From assembly GCA_030614715.1 (NCBI GenBank), contig JAUWTM010000001.1:29661-93660 (forward strand): a stretch of DNA of 64,000 nt, written 5' to 3'. Below the pieces are notes generated by a model. That model had not been told where the DNA came from and did no database searches. It was given only the letters and a program-made list of their open reading frames with translations. Positions 26,313 to 36,351 of this stretch are shown here, piece after piece; positions within the stretch are counted from its first letter, which is position 1; each line of letters starts with the position of its first letter. The position numbers and the translations under genes are program-made. This DNA comes from Planctomycetota bacterium (GTDB lineage Bacteria; JAJVIF01; JAPKYR01).

Positions 26313-27731
26313 TTACTCTTCCTCCTCAACTGCTTCTCCCTCCCGTGAAGCATCCCCAATCCACGGTATCATCCTTCGCGCGCTCTCCTTCGACAGCAAT
26401 CCTGCCTCGACCTGCTTTACCAGCGTCTTCGTCAGAAGTGCGACATCCTCCGGTACGATCGGCGGGAAACTGACCTCAACAGTCTTGTCAACATCTCTCG
26501 GAAGCACTCCCGCACTGACTGCTGACTCGATTACCCGTCCGAATATCTTCCGGAATACTCCCTCGAACAATCGCTGACGGTCCTCGAACTTTTTGACCAT
26601 CGGAAGTTCCATCGACCTTGTCGTTGCGAGGTTTCCCGTGGACGGATCACCAAAATAGTGTTCGAAAATTCCCGATCCAGCTGCGATCATCAGCTTGATC
26701 GCCCGACCGTCCTCTTTCGCGTCATCCGCTCCAATTGACGGTGACAGCACGTCCCATTCCTCGCTCTCATGAACGACCAGGATACTTCCCGACTTCGGAA
26801 CTACATACTTCCCGCTTGAATCTGTCTGGAACGGGCCTGACGCCTTCGACGGTACAGTCGGGACCTTCCTCAGGAACGCAAACGTCCCTCGTGCCTTGTT
26901 AATGTTTATCCGGTCTTCCAACCAGCGCTCATGGGCATCCAGCCATGGAAGCACCCTGTAGAGCTCCGACAGTCCACGCTTTCGATTCGAAACATTATTT
27001 ACTTTCACATGAAGTATCTCGCTGGAATCGATTACCTCGTGGACTGTTTCGGAATCCAGCGGGTAAACAGCCGAATTTCCCTGGCTTTTGTAGGAATCGA
27101 TCCATTCCGACGGAACCGCTCGATTTCGGTACTCGCGCAGGTACGCGACAGGTTTACGGATATCGTCAGGGTCGGTCACGATATCCCTGATCTCGAGCGG
27201 ATCGACCATAGCCATCCGCACCGAACCATCAACCGGATTCGTGAAGAACCTGATGAAAATTTCACCGTAGATCTGGAGCTCATTGGACATCCAGTGCTGG
27301 GCAGCAGACAGATCGTTCTCGACGTGATTCCAGAACGTGTTGAGTATATCCTGGACTCGTGAATCCCTTGCGGAGTAACCGACGCCTTTTCCCATGACGA
27401 ACCATGTGGTGATATTTACGATCTGACCGGCAAGAGGGCTGCGGCACCACGCGGCATATGCACGCCGAAGTATCGATGCATGACCCTCGGAATCAAGGTC
27501 ATCGCCGGCAGCGACATCCCTCGAAATATTGCGCCAGTCCCAGCGGCTGGACGGACCATAATCACCTGCAAGCTCAGCTCCTTCCAGGGGGTGATAGCTC
27601 TCCACGATGCGATCATTCACTATTGCGTCCCGGACACGTCTGAGAAACGGCGGGACAAGCATACCGACCAGTTCTTTCAGGCCCATTAAACTCTCCAAAT
27701 ACGATTTTAGAATCAGCACATACCCTTCCAC
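26313..27731 (-). CDS. Putative phage portal protein
   Basis: 472 aa, the first gene of the cluster, with size and position typical of a portal directly upstream of protease/scaffold. The listed start is GTG. The ATG at 27686 (MGLKELVG...) is preceded by GGAGAG and is an alternative start. Confidence 0.6.
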   Translation of the reverse strand: MEGYVLILKSYLESLMGLKELVGMLVPPFLRRVRDAIVNDRIVESYHPLEGAELAGDYGPSSRWDWRNISRDVAAGDDLDSEGHASILRRAYAAWCRSPLAGQIVNITTWFVMGKGVGYSARDSRVQDILNTFWNHVENDLSAAQHWMSNELQIYGEIFIRFFTNPVDGSVRMAMVDPLEIRDIVTDPDDIRKPVAYLREYRNRAVPSEWIDSYKSQGNSAVYPLDSETVHEVIDSSEILHVKVNNVSNRKRGLSELYRVLPWLDAHERWLEDRININKARGTFAFLRKVPTVPSKASGPFQTDSSGKYVVPKSGSILVVHESEEWDVLSPSIGADDAKEDGRAIKLMIAAGSGIFEHYFGDPSTGNLATTRSMELPMVKKFEDRQRLFEGVFRKIFGRVIESAVSAGVLPRDVDKTVEVSFPPIVPEDVALLTKTLVKQVEAGLLSKESARRMIPWIGDASREGEAVEEEE

Positions 27732-27893
27732 CTACTAAACGGACCTTATTCACGATGTCTGGCGAATATACACGTAAAAAATTCCGAAAAATTGCTTGAT
27801 TTAAGCGAACCGTATGGCGAACGGACCGTCATATTGGGTGGTATACTTATTTAATGTTACGGACTGCCTGACAGCAGCCGTGTTATCGGTTGA

Positions 27894-30233
27894 GTGAAGC
27901 CTATGACCCCGGGAATCAGGAAAAAACTCCAGCAGGTTCAGACCACATTGCAGATCCAGTGGATTTTTAACTGGGCTGCGAAAGGCCTTATCGCCGGAGC
28001 ACTGATCTCAATCATCCTTCTTGTTGTCTCCAAATTCACACCGCTCGGATTCGACCTCCTCAGGACATCCATTTCAATCCTGATCGCCTGTGGCGCAATC
28101 GGAGCCATCCTTGCCTGTATCAGGCCGATTAACGCATTCGACGCTGCCTTCGCATGCGATGTGAAACTCGGGCTGAAGGAGCGAATCACCAGCGCTATTG
28201 AATTCGCAAAGTCAAAGGACTCAAATCCACTCATCCCGGCATTGATAACCGATGCTGAACGTCACGCGGTCAGGATTCGACCCGTTCGCGATTTCCCCCT
28301 GCGCTTCCCCAGGGAAATCCTTTATTCAATTATCCTTGTGGCTGTTGCAGTCGGACTCTATTTCGTTCCGCCCTGGCAGTACGTTTTCGCCTCCGAAGAA
28401 GAGAAAACTGAATACGAGCTTGTCCAGGCTGAAGCCGACAGGATGAGGGAGCTTGCCCAGGAAATCCAGCTCAACCTTCCTGAAGAACGATCCGACCTTG
28501 CCGAGGAGGTCGCGCGTGAGCTCCAGGAACTGGCTCGCGACATGGATTTCGGTACTCTCTCGCGTCGCGAAGCACTCGAGCGTCTGAACGCACTCGAGGA
28601 GAGAATCGATGAGAGCCAGGAGGAGTCAGGTTACAACGAGCTGCAGCGTCAACTCGATGAACTCGCGCGTGAGCTTGGCCTCAGTGAAAACCTGAGAGAC
28701 GCCGCCGAAGCATTGGCCGAAGGCGATGCTGAGGAAGCCCGTCAGGCTCTCGAACAGCTCGCAGAACAACTCGAACAGGGACGGGTGCCTGCAGAAAACA
28801 TGGCGGATATGGCCGACGCTCTCGAACGCGCGGCCAATTCCCTCGGCGACAATCCCGATATGGCTGGCATACGTGACAGCCTGTCCCAGGCAAGCGACGA
28901 ACTGCGTTCGGCTTCGGAATCCGGTGGTCAAAACAGCCAGATGACACCTGAGGAACAGGCTCAGCAGCTTATCGAAGCATTAAACGCCGCAATCCCGGAA
29001 CTCGATTCACTCGATGTCCCGGACGAAATCAGAGAGCAGGCGGCTGAAATGCTTGAGGAGATCCGCGACGACCTCCAGCAGGCTCTGGACAGCGGTAACG
29101 TCACTCAGCAGGACATAAATGACGCCCGTCAGCGAATTCAGGACGTCAAGCGTATGCTTGAACAGGCTGGTGCTGACTTCAGCGGTACGCAGCAGACACC
29201 CGAAGAAATCGCGGAGCAGCTTATCCAGGAAGCCCAGCGACTCGAACAGCTTGCAGGGGAGGCCGGTGAGCTCGACGAAAGCACCCGTTCCGAACTTCAA
29301 TCCTCATGCCAGAACGTAGAGCAGAGCCTGTCCGACCAGATTGAACAGGGTTCATGTTCGACCCCGTCGAACGAGGAGGCTCGTCGACAGCTTGATGAAA
29401 TCCGTCAGCAGCTGGAGGACGCTGGAGTGACAGAGGAGCAGATGGGTGAAAAGACCGACTGCTCCGGTGGCAGTTGCGATAACCCGGGACAGAGTGGGAG
29501 CCAGAGCTCATCAGGCGGGGCGAGTGGGATGCAGGGCCTCTTCGGAAGCCAGTCTGGAAGCTCAGGAAACCCGAGCCAGTCAGGTCAGTCCGGTCAACCC
29601 GGACAGTCAGGTCAGCCCGGAAACTGCGAAGCTGCTGGCCGGAGCCTCAGAAATGCCGCGGAATCAATGTCGCAGTGTGGAAACACGTTAAACAGCGGTC
29701 AATGCTTCAATAAAATCAAGCAGGGACTGTGTAACTCAAGATCGTGCATGTCCGGTGGTTCATGTAACAGCCCGGGTTCAGGCAGTGGATCTTCCACGCA
29801 GAGCGGTAGTGGTGGTGGAGTTGGCGGACAGGGATGGGGCACCGGAACCAGCTCTACCGGTGGTGTCGGAGGAGCGGTTAATCCCGGGCTCCAGAACAAT
29901 GACTCTAACGATCCCAACGCGACACCAGACGATCTCAGGGATTACGACCAGATCTATAAGCCATTCATCGCCTCTGGAAGCAATTACGACGTTCAGCTCG
30001 AGGGAAAATTCACCGATGTCGGTGGCAGTTACTTTTTCACGGAGATCACCGACCCGGACACCGGCGAAACCAGCTACGTGCCCTACTTCACGCTGGAACC
30101 GACCGATGTAGCTGCCCTTATGGACTCAATCGAGGATCAGGACATCCCGCGGTCCTATGCTGATTTCGTCAGGCTCTATTTCGAGCAGCTTGCTGCCAAC
30201 GATAATGTTGAAATTGTTGAGGAAACCGAGTAA
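27894..30233 (+). CDS. Membrane-anchored protein with a very acidic coiled-coil region and a Ser/Gly/Gln low-complexity region (possibly DUF4175-like)
   Basis: 779 aa. It has N-terminal hydrophobic helices (LIAGALISIILLVV, ILIACGAIGAILACI, ILYSIILVAVAVGLYFV). A ~350-aa E/Q/A/L-rich segment follows, then SGQ/SGS tracts with spaced Cys residues. The DUF4175 resemblance is from memory of architecture only. Confidence 0.6.
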   Translation: MKPMTPGIRKKLQQVQTTLQIQWIFNWAAKGLIAGALISIILLVVSKFTPLGFDLLRTSISILIACGAIGAILACIRPINAFDAAFACDVKLGLKERITSAIEFAKSKDSNPLIPALITDAERHAVRIRPVRDFPLRFPREILYSIILVAVAVGLYFVPPWQYVFASEEEKTEYELVQAEADRMRELAQEIQLNLPEERSDLAEEVARELQELARDMDFGTLSRREALERLNALEERIDESQEESGYNELQRQLDELARELGLSENLRDAAEALAEGDAEEARQALEQLAEQLEQGRVPAENMADMADALERAANSLGDNPDMAGIRDSLSQASDELRSASESGGQNSQMTPEEQAQQLIEALNAAIPELDSLDVPDEIREQAAEMLEEIRDDLQQALDSGNVTQQDINDARQRIQDVKRMLEQAGADFSGTQQTPEEIAEQLIQEAQRLEQLAGEAGELDESTRSELQSSCQNVEQSLSDQIEQGSCSTPSNEEARRQLDEIRQQLEDAGVTEEQMGEKTDCSGGSCDNPGQSGSQSSSGGASGMQGLFGSQSGSSGNPSQSGQSGQPGQSGQPGNCEAAGRSLRNAAESMSQCGNTLNSGQCFNKIKQGLCNSRSCMSGGSCNSPGSGSGSSTQSGSGGGVGGQGWGTGTSSTGGVGGAVNPGLQNNDSNDPNATPDDLRDYDQIYKPFIASGSNYDVQLEGKFTDVGGSYFFTEITDPDTGETSYVPYFTLEPTDVAALMDSIEDQDIPRSYADFVRLYFEQLAANDNVEIVEETE

Positions 30234-30237
30234 TTAC

Positions 30238-31056
30238 CTACTGCTCGGGGCGATTCTCCATTAAATAATCGATCATTCTCTCGGCAAGATTCCACCTGAT
30301 ATGAAGCGGTGCGCCAGTCTGTTTCACCATCGACGTCTTACCGTCCCGGCCCTGCTTGTACCCGAATATCCCAGGATTGTCGACATTCTGACCGGGTTGT
30401 TTCTCATCCAGCATCTCAATCAATTTATCTGTGATCTCGATCCCTTTGGTTTGAGCGAAAAACAAATTCTCGCAGAGGAAACAGCAGTCCCTGTTGAATA
30501 CCTTGGTCCTCTGCGACAGGTCCTCCAGCAACACCTGGTCCTTCGTGATTGTTACATTACCCTTTTCCCTGGGGTCCATAACGTCCTTGACCCAGTGGGG
30601 AATACCATCCTTCCCGACCTTGCTGTTGTGGTCTGACCTGTGGATGTAACCCGACAGGTTCCCCATCAGAACCAGCGGATGCAGGTGCAGCGGTGACAGG
30701 TTCTTCCCCGGCTCTTTCTCCGATTTTACCTCTTCAAGAGATTCGAAGGCTGGATCATCAAGAAGACGGGAGGCGATTGCGAACGTCATGACCTTTATCA
30801 TCTTCCCGATCCAGATGACTTTCCTTTGCGGGTTCTTGGCGGGAAGATCGTTGACCCCCACCACGTAGATTTCAGTTTCCGGAACTGCCTCGTGATCGTA
30901 CCTGAGGTACCTTTTTCTCAGATCCTTCCTGAATGCCGTGTTCCCACCTCCGTAAAAAATGTATTCGTCGTTCACACGGAACGGCACCTGGCATTCAATT
31001 GTGTCGTGGTTTTTACAGCCCTTTTCAACGGTTAAGAATATCTCTGTGTTTGCCAT
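30238..31056 (-). CDS. Hypothetical cytoplasmic protein
   Basis: 272-aa ORF convergent with the previous gene. It has no signal peptide and I recognise no family. Confidence 0.6.
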   Translation of the reverse strand: MANTEIFLTVEKGCKNHDTIECQVPFRVNDEYIFYGGGNTAFRKDLRKRYLRYDHEAVPETEIYVVGVNDLPAKNPQRKVIWIGKMIKVMTFAIASRLLDDPAFESLEEVKSEKEPGKNLSPLHLHPLVLMGNLSGYIHRSDHNSKVGKDGIPHWVKDVMDPREKGNVTITKDQVLLEDLSQRTKVFNRDCCFLCENLFFAQTKGIEITDKLIEMLDEKQPGQNVDNPGIFGYKQGRDGKTSMVKQTGAPLHIRWNLAERMIDYLMENRPEQ

Positions 31057-31163
31057 AACTCAGCCATGCAATAGGTATATTGAGGAACATGTTATTATAA
31101 TACGGATATCGAGTCATGCTACAATAATAGGTCCGCTAATCGAATTATTGTGCGGATACCTGT

Positions 31164-32417
31164 ATGAAAAAAATCCCGACATTTCTCCTGCTGGCAATTT
31201 TAATGCTTCTAACGGTTGCCTGCCCGGATTCCGGAGTCGAGGAACCAGCAGGGGATGACGATCCCGTTATCGCTGAGGACCGTCCTCTCTGGGAATCACC
31301 CGGACTTCGTCTGATTTATACGGTCAACGACCCCCGGGCTGGAACATTCGGTGTCGATCGCATCGCTCGGGTCCTCATCGCTGAGCCGGTCATTAATACT
31401 GATGATACGGATGCTGAAGAACCCCGTAGAGACGTCCTGTTCAGCTTTCCAGGTCACATTTTTCATATATCCCCGTCCCCGGCGGGCACGCATGTAGCAT
31501 TTGTCGGGAGCGCACTCGGCGAGACAGGCGAGGATGAACGGCACCTTTTCATTTACGATCTTGAGTCGAGATCTTACCGCGACGTATCCTCCACCGGGTT
31601 CTACTCCCGTGCTGTGAGAACAGCCCCGGTTTTCACCCCTGAGGGTGATCAGGTCGTATTTCTCTCACGCTGGTCGACTGAATCCGGTGAATTCAATATT
31701 TTCAGGTGCGAAGTTGAGACCGGACGGATTTCCGGATTATACACCGAGCCGGTAGAGGATGTTCCCCTTACCCTGATGCCGGACGGGCGACATTGCGTGT
31801 CGGTTATCCGCGACCTTACAATTTTGGGAGTCTTTTATTACCAGTCCATTAATATTGATACAGGCGATATCGATATCCTCCACAGGTTTGAAAATGTTAC
31901 CAAGGTCGGTCCGGCATTCGTTAACGACAATGCTTCGCGAATCTATTGCGATCTCAAACCGCTCGACGACACGGCAAGCCCTCTTGGCGGTGTCAGGTCG
32001 CGGCTGGTTGTTGAGTTAAATCTTGAAGACCAGACCGAAACCAGTCTTCTGGATCCCAATACCGTCACTTACGTTTACCAGATTTTCAGTACCGCTGACG
32101 AACAGCGCCTGGTACTCAGGCGGCAGGAGGATATTTCCGGTGAGGATACCCCCATGACCCGTATAGCCACCTGTCGTTTGAACGGAGACGATTTTCAGTA
32201 TCTCACAGACACCTCTGCCAGATCCTACCTCCTTCCACCGGTTTCGAATATCCGTCACATTTCTCCGGACCACTCCCTGATCTTCTTCTTCCGCCAGGAC
32301 CCGGTCTTCGAGCATGAGGACATCTGGGTAATGCGTCCGGACGGTTCAGACGAGGTAAATATCAGTAATACAGCGGGCTACGCTGAGGGTTCCGCTGGCT
32401 GGCTTGTTATCCAATGA
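31164..32417 (+). CDS. Lipoprotein with TolB-like (PD40/WD40-like) beta-propeller repeats
   Basis: Lipobox LLTVAC. Repeated motifs of the PD40 type: HLFIYDLESRSYRDVS, PVFTPEGDQVVFLS, IWVMRPDGSDEVNISNT. Confidence 0.65.
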   Translation: MKKIPTFLLLAILMLLTVACPDSGVEEPAGDDDPVIAEDRPLWESPGLRLIYTVNDPRAGTFGVDRIARVLIAEPVINTDDTDAEEPRRDVLFSFPGHIFHISPSPAGTHVAFVGSALGETGEDERHLFIYDLESRSYRDVSSTGFYSRAVRTAPVFTPEGDQVVFLSRWSTESGEFNIFRCEVETGRISGLYTEPVEDVPLTLMPDGRHCVSVIRDLTILGVFYYQSINIDTGDIDILHRFENVTKVGPAFVNDNASRIYCDLKPLDDTASPLGGVRSRLVVELNLEDQTETSLLDPNTVTYVYQIFSTADEQRLVLRRQEDISGEDTPMTRIATCRLNGDDFQYLTDTSARSYLLPPVSNIRHISPDHSLIFFFRQDPVFEHEDIWVMRPDGSDEVNISNTAGYAEGSAGWLVIQ

Positions 32418-32622
32418 CCGTCCTGGTACTCCCCTTGCGTATTTGCCAGTATTAATACAGGCCTGATTCAAACTGATTAAGTGTCACCCCTCACAGTTGA
32501 CGATCTTATATATGGTCGCCTGCAAGGCGATCCTGAATTTTCCGCTTCGGAGGCCGGGTGGATCAGACTTCGTAGCTTTTAGAATCTGCGAACTCTGTAA
32601 GTAATGCTAATGACACAATCAG

Positions 32623-35600
32623 ATGTGTGCTTCAGCAGGAACTGGAAAAATGTCTGATTCGAATATACAAATATCGGGTGGAAGTAAAGCTGGATTTGCT
32701 GACGTGATCATGGAATCCATCGCGAATCTTGTTCTGGTGAGCGATTGTGAAGGCAGGATAATATTCGCCAATCGTGCCCTTGAGAAACTTCTGGGGGTGG
32801 ACAGCAGCGAGATTATCGGTGTCCCGTCCTGGGAAGTGGTCACTGAACCTGAAGAATTTGATGATGCCCGGGCCATTTTCAATGGGATCTCCCGGGGTGA
32901 AACACCCGATGAGATGGTTCGCACGATTGTTTCCAGCTCAGGTGAAAGGCACATACTTAATATTAAGATCACTATTCTGAATGACTCCGACGGTCAGCTT
33001 AAATATATCATCGGGAGCGCAACGGACATTACGGCACAGGTTCAGGCCGAGAGGTCTATGATAGCAGTAAACAAGTGCCTGCTCAGCCTCGGTACGGACT
33101 ACCCCCGTAATATTGAAACCATCGTCGCTGCAGTCAAAGATATCCTGGGAGCTGACTTCGCAGGTTATAACCGCTGTATGCAACGGACGGAATCCGGTAA
33201 GGATGTATTTTCATGCCCGAATTTCAAAGCTAAAGAGGGCATTGATCCAGTTGGATACCTCTGCTACGAGGTTATCAAGGCTAATAAGGATGAATGCCTC
33301 ATAGTCAGCGACATCCAGACCTCTGAATTCGTTAATACCGACCCTTGTGCACCATTACACGGCTACCAGACATTCATCGGCCATATCGTCAAGGCTGACG
33401 GCAGACCTGTCGGCTCTCTCAGTCTTGCTTTTACAGGTAATTGCGTGATTTCTGATACAGATTTAACTGCAGTCAGTACCCTTGCCACCGCCTGGGGCAG
33501 GGAAGAAGAAAGGTTCTTGTCAGAGCAGCGTCTTCTCGAGAGCAAAGAAAAATACAAGAGTATCTTCACCAATATTCAGGACATTTACTTTGAATCAAGT
33601 GTCGATGGGAAGATTCTGGAGCTGAGCCCGTCGATTGAGCAGTTATGTTCTTATAATCGTACCGAGCTTATTGGCAGGTCGTTCGAGCAGACCCTGGTAA
33701 ATCCCGCAGACGGCGTTGGTTACCTGTTGGCACTTGCATCACGTGGGTTCGTTACTGACTATGAGCTGATGTTCAGGGATAAAGATGGCTCCGAAAGGCT
33801 TGCCTCAATTAATGCCACTTTGATTCGAAATGATGATGGTGATCCGGTAAAAATAGTCGGCACCATGCGTGATGTCGGCGAAAGGGCACAGTTTGTCGAG
33901 GAACTGAAGCTGAGCGGGAAGAAATACCATGAACTGGTTGACTCCCTTCCAGAGGTAATATTTGAGCTCGATATGAAGGGGAAGCTCACGTACGTGAATG
34001 ACAGGGCTTTTCAGCTGTTCCGGTACAAGAGGGAGGATTACGAAGAGGGTATCCTGTCAGCTACTGATATGCTCGCACCGGAGGACCGTCAGAGAGCCGC
34101 AGCCAACCTGGGTAAAATACTCTCGGGTGAGCTGGAAACAGATACCAGCTTTAATGAATACCGTGCCATGAGAGCAGATGGCTCCACATTCCCGGTTGTC
34201 ATCAGTTCCACTCCCATTATGAAAAATAACCGCCTCGCTGGTCTCCGGGGCATTATCATGGATATCTCTGAGCGTAAAGCCGCCGAGGAGTTAATGCGTC
34301 TCGAAGAGGCACGGTTGGAATCCCTGCTGCAGCTTAACCAGATGTCCGACGCGGACGAAGGAGAAATCTGCGTCTACACACTGGCTCAGGCAAACAAACT
34401 TACCGGATCAGCAATCGGATTCCTTGCTTTCGTCCATGAAAGCAGGAACGACCTTGTTATGTACACCTGGCCCGGTGACACTGAAGCCCAACACTACAGT
34501 AGTGCCCAGGGCATGGACCTGCCTCTGGGCAACAGCGGGCTGCTCTTCGAGGTGATCAACGGACGTAAACCGCTGTTGATTAACGACCTTGCCCGGCACT
34601 GTGATGGTGCACAGGGTCTGCCGCAGGGCCAGGAAGCTGTTAACAGGGTGATTCTCGCGCCAATCGTCGATAACGACCAGACAGTTGCATTGATCGGGGT
34701 TGGGAATAAGGATTCTGACTATACTGAATTCGATGTTCGTCAACTCACACTGCTGATGGAAGGTATGTGGAACCTGATCCAGCGTATTCGTGCAGCGAAG
34801 GCGCTACGTGAATCCGAGGAGCTTTTTTCAAAGGTGTTTTACACCGGTCCCGTCGGTACAGTGCTAAGCATGCTTGATGACGGTACCATTTTAAGGGTCA
34901 ACGACGCTGCTGCTGGCCTGCTCGGATATGACGTCGACGAACTCCTCGGCTTGACTACTGAGGAATTAAATATCTGGGACTCACCTGATGATAGGACCCG
35001 GGTGAAAGAAATTCTCATGAAGGGTTCACCCGTTGCTAATGTTGAGGTCAGGCTCAGGAAGAAATCCGGTGAGGTCCGTAACTTCCTGGGATCAGCAGAT
35101 GTCGTCGAAATCGGTGGAAAGCATCATATGCTTTCCCAGCTTATCGACATCACTGACCGGAGACAGGCTGAGCGCGAACTTGCCCGAAGGAACGTTGAGC
35201 TGAGGGAAGCCATGGCAGTCAAAACCGAGTTCTTATCCATGGTTTCTCACGAGCTGAGAACTCCTCTCGTTCCGATCATCGGCTACTCCGAGCTGATACT
35301 CGACGGTACATACGGTGACCTGTCAGATGATCTCCGGCAGCCCATCGGGATGATCTACTCCCGTGCTGATGCACTTCGTAACCTGATTGAGGACCTTCTC
35401 CAGCTTTCAAGGCTGGAACGCGGCAGCATGAGCCTCAGTCGGGAAGAAGTCCCAATCGACGCGTTTCTGATGGAAATTGTTTCGACATATGGACAACTCG
35501 ATCACGGTAAACCGGTCGACCTGTCATGGGAGGGTGACCTGTTCTCTCTCTATGCAGATCCCAATCGTCTCAAGCAGGTAGTGCAGAACCTTGTTAACAA

Positions 35601-36351
35601 CTCAATTAAATACTCCAGCTCGAATGTGAAAATTACAATTCAAACTTCTTTGAACGGTCACATGGGGGAAATCGCGGTCATTGATGATGGTATCGGTATT
35701 TCGGAAGATGAGCTGCCTCATATCTTCGATCGGTTCTATCAGGTGGAACCGATCAACACCAGGTCGCACGATGGCTCCGGGTTAGGTCTCGCCATCTCAA
35801 AGGAACTGGTCACCATGATGGGTGGCGACATTGCAGTTGAGAGTACTGTAGGGATTGGAACAGGATTTTCAATCCGATTACCTCTTTATAAAACTGACAG
35901 GATACAAAAGGACGATACAACTGAAATGGATACCAGTGTGCCGACCGTCCGGAAATCTATGGTTCAGGAAGTTGATCAGCAGAAAATAGCAAGCATTCTT
36001 GTTGTCGATGACGATGAGTTTACGATCAGGCTTCTCGAGGTTATGCTTGGTGGTGAATTCGAAATACTTCCAGCGATCAGCAGCGATGAAGGCCTTAAGA
36101 TGCTTAAAGATAACACTGTCGATCTGATCCTCCTCGACTGGATGATGCCTGGTATGGATGGACTCTCATTGCTGAAACTGCTGAGGGAAAACAATGCCAC
36201 TGAAGACATCCCCGTGATTTTCGTTTCAGGGAAGGCTGAGCAGGAATCCATCGATACTGCGATGAATGAAGGCGCGAACGGATTCATCACCAAGCCCTTC
36301 AGAAAATCCGACCTCATGAAAGCCCTCAGCGACATAATAAAAACCGGCTGA
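32623..36351 (+). CDS. Multi-PAS/GAF sensor hybrid histidine kinase with a C-terminal receiver domain
   Basis: H-box SMVSHELRTPL, N-box VQNLVNNSIKYS, G1 DDGIGI, G2 GSGLGLAISK. Receiver motifs ILVVDDDEF, DLILLDWMMPGMDG and GFITKPF. Several PAS-like modules are present (e.g. ERKAAEE and TDRRQAE linkers). The ATG at 32650 (MSDSNIQ...) is the more likely start. Confidence 0.9.
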   Translation: MCASAGTGKMSDSNIQISGGSKAGFADVIMESIANLVLVSDCEGRIIFANRALEKLLGVDSSEIIGVPSWEVVTEPEEFDDARAIFNGISRGETPDEMVRTIVSSSGERHILNIKITILNDSDGQLKYIIGSATDITAQVQAERSMIAVNKCLLSLGTDYPRNIETIVAAVKDILGADFAGYNRCMQRTESGKDVFSCPNFKAKEGIDPVGYLCYEVIKANKDECLIVSDIQTSEFVNTDPCAPLHGYQTFIGHIVKADGRPVGSLSLAFTGNCVISDTDLTAVSTLATAWGREEERFLSEQRLLESKEKYKSIFTNIQDIYFESSVDGKILELSPSIEQLCSYNRTELIGRSFEQTLVNPADGVGYLLALASRGFVTDYELMFRDKDGSERLASINATLIRNDDGDPVKIVGTMRDVGERAQFVEELKLSGKKYHELVDSLPEVIFELDMKGKLTYVNDRAFQLFRYKREDYEEGILSATDMLAPEDRQRAAANLGKILSGELETDTSFNEYRAMRADGSTFPVVISSTPIMKNNRLAGLRGIIMDISERKAAEELMRLEEARLESLLQLNQMSDADEGEICVYTLAQANKLTGSAIGFLAFVHESRNDLVMYTWPGDTEAQHYSSAQGMDLPLGNSGLLFEVINGRKPLLINDLARHCDGAQGLPQGQEAVNRVILAPIVDNDQTVALIGVGNKDSDYTEFDVRQLTLLMEGMWNLIQRIRAAKALRESEELFSKVFYTGPVGTVLSMLDDGTILRVNDAAAGLLGYDVDELLGLTTEELNIWDSPDDRTRVKEILMKGSPVANVEVRLRKKSGEVRNFLGSADVVEIGGKHHMLSQLIDITDRRQAERELARRNVELREAMAVKTEFLSMVSHELRTPLVPIIGYSELILDGTYGDLSDDLRQPIGMIYSRADALRNLIEDLLQLSRLERGSMSLSREEVPIDAFLMEIVSTYGQLDHGKPVDLSWEGDLFSLYADPNRLKQVVQNLVNNSIKYSSSNVKITIQTSLNGHMGEIAVIDDGIGISEDELPHIFDRFYQVEPINTRSHDGSGLGLAISKELVTMMGGDIAVESTVGIGTGFSIRLPLYKTDRIQKDDTTEMDTSVPTVRKSMVQEVDQQKIASILVVDDDEFTIRLLEVMLGGEFEILPAISSDEGLKMLKDNTVDLILLDWMMPGMDGLSLLKLLRENNATEDIPVIFVSGKAEQESIDTAMNEGANGFITKPFRKSDLMKALSDIIKTG

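Larger units (their letters stand above)
13666..27731 (-). mobile_element. Phage-like structural gene cluster (incomplete prophage, or a domesticated head/tail module)
   Basis: About 22 co-directional, tightly packed or overlapping ORFs. The order is portal, protease/scaffold, DUF2190-like, capsid-sized protein, small connector-sized proteins, then large beta-rich proteins. I recognise no terminase, integrase, repressor, replication, tape-measure or endolysin gene, and found no flanking direct repeats. Confidence 0.6.

Noticed and set aside
29440-29900. DNA-level tandem repeats in the Ser/Gly/Gln region of the 779-aa gene, as a possible contingency locus.
   Set aside because: The repeats are short and imperfect (CAGTCAGGTCAGTCCGGTCAACCCGGACAGTCAGGTCAGCCCGG) and stay in frame. 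There is no homopolymer or exact microsatellite tract that would cause phase variation.
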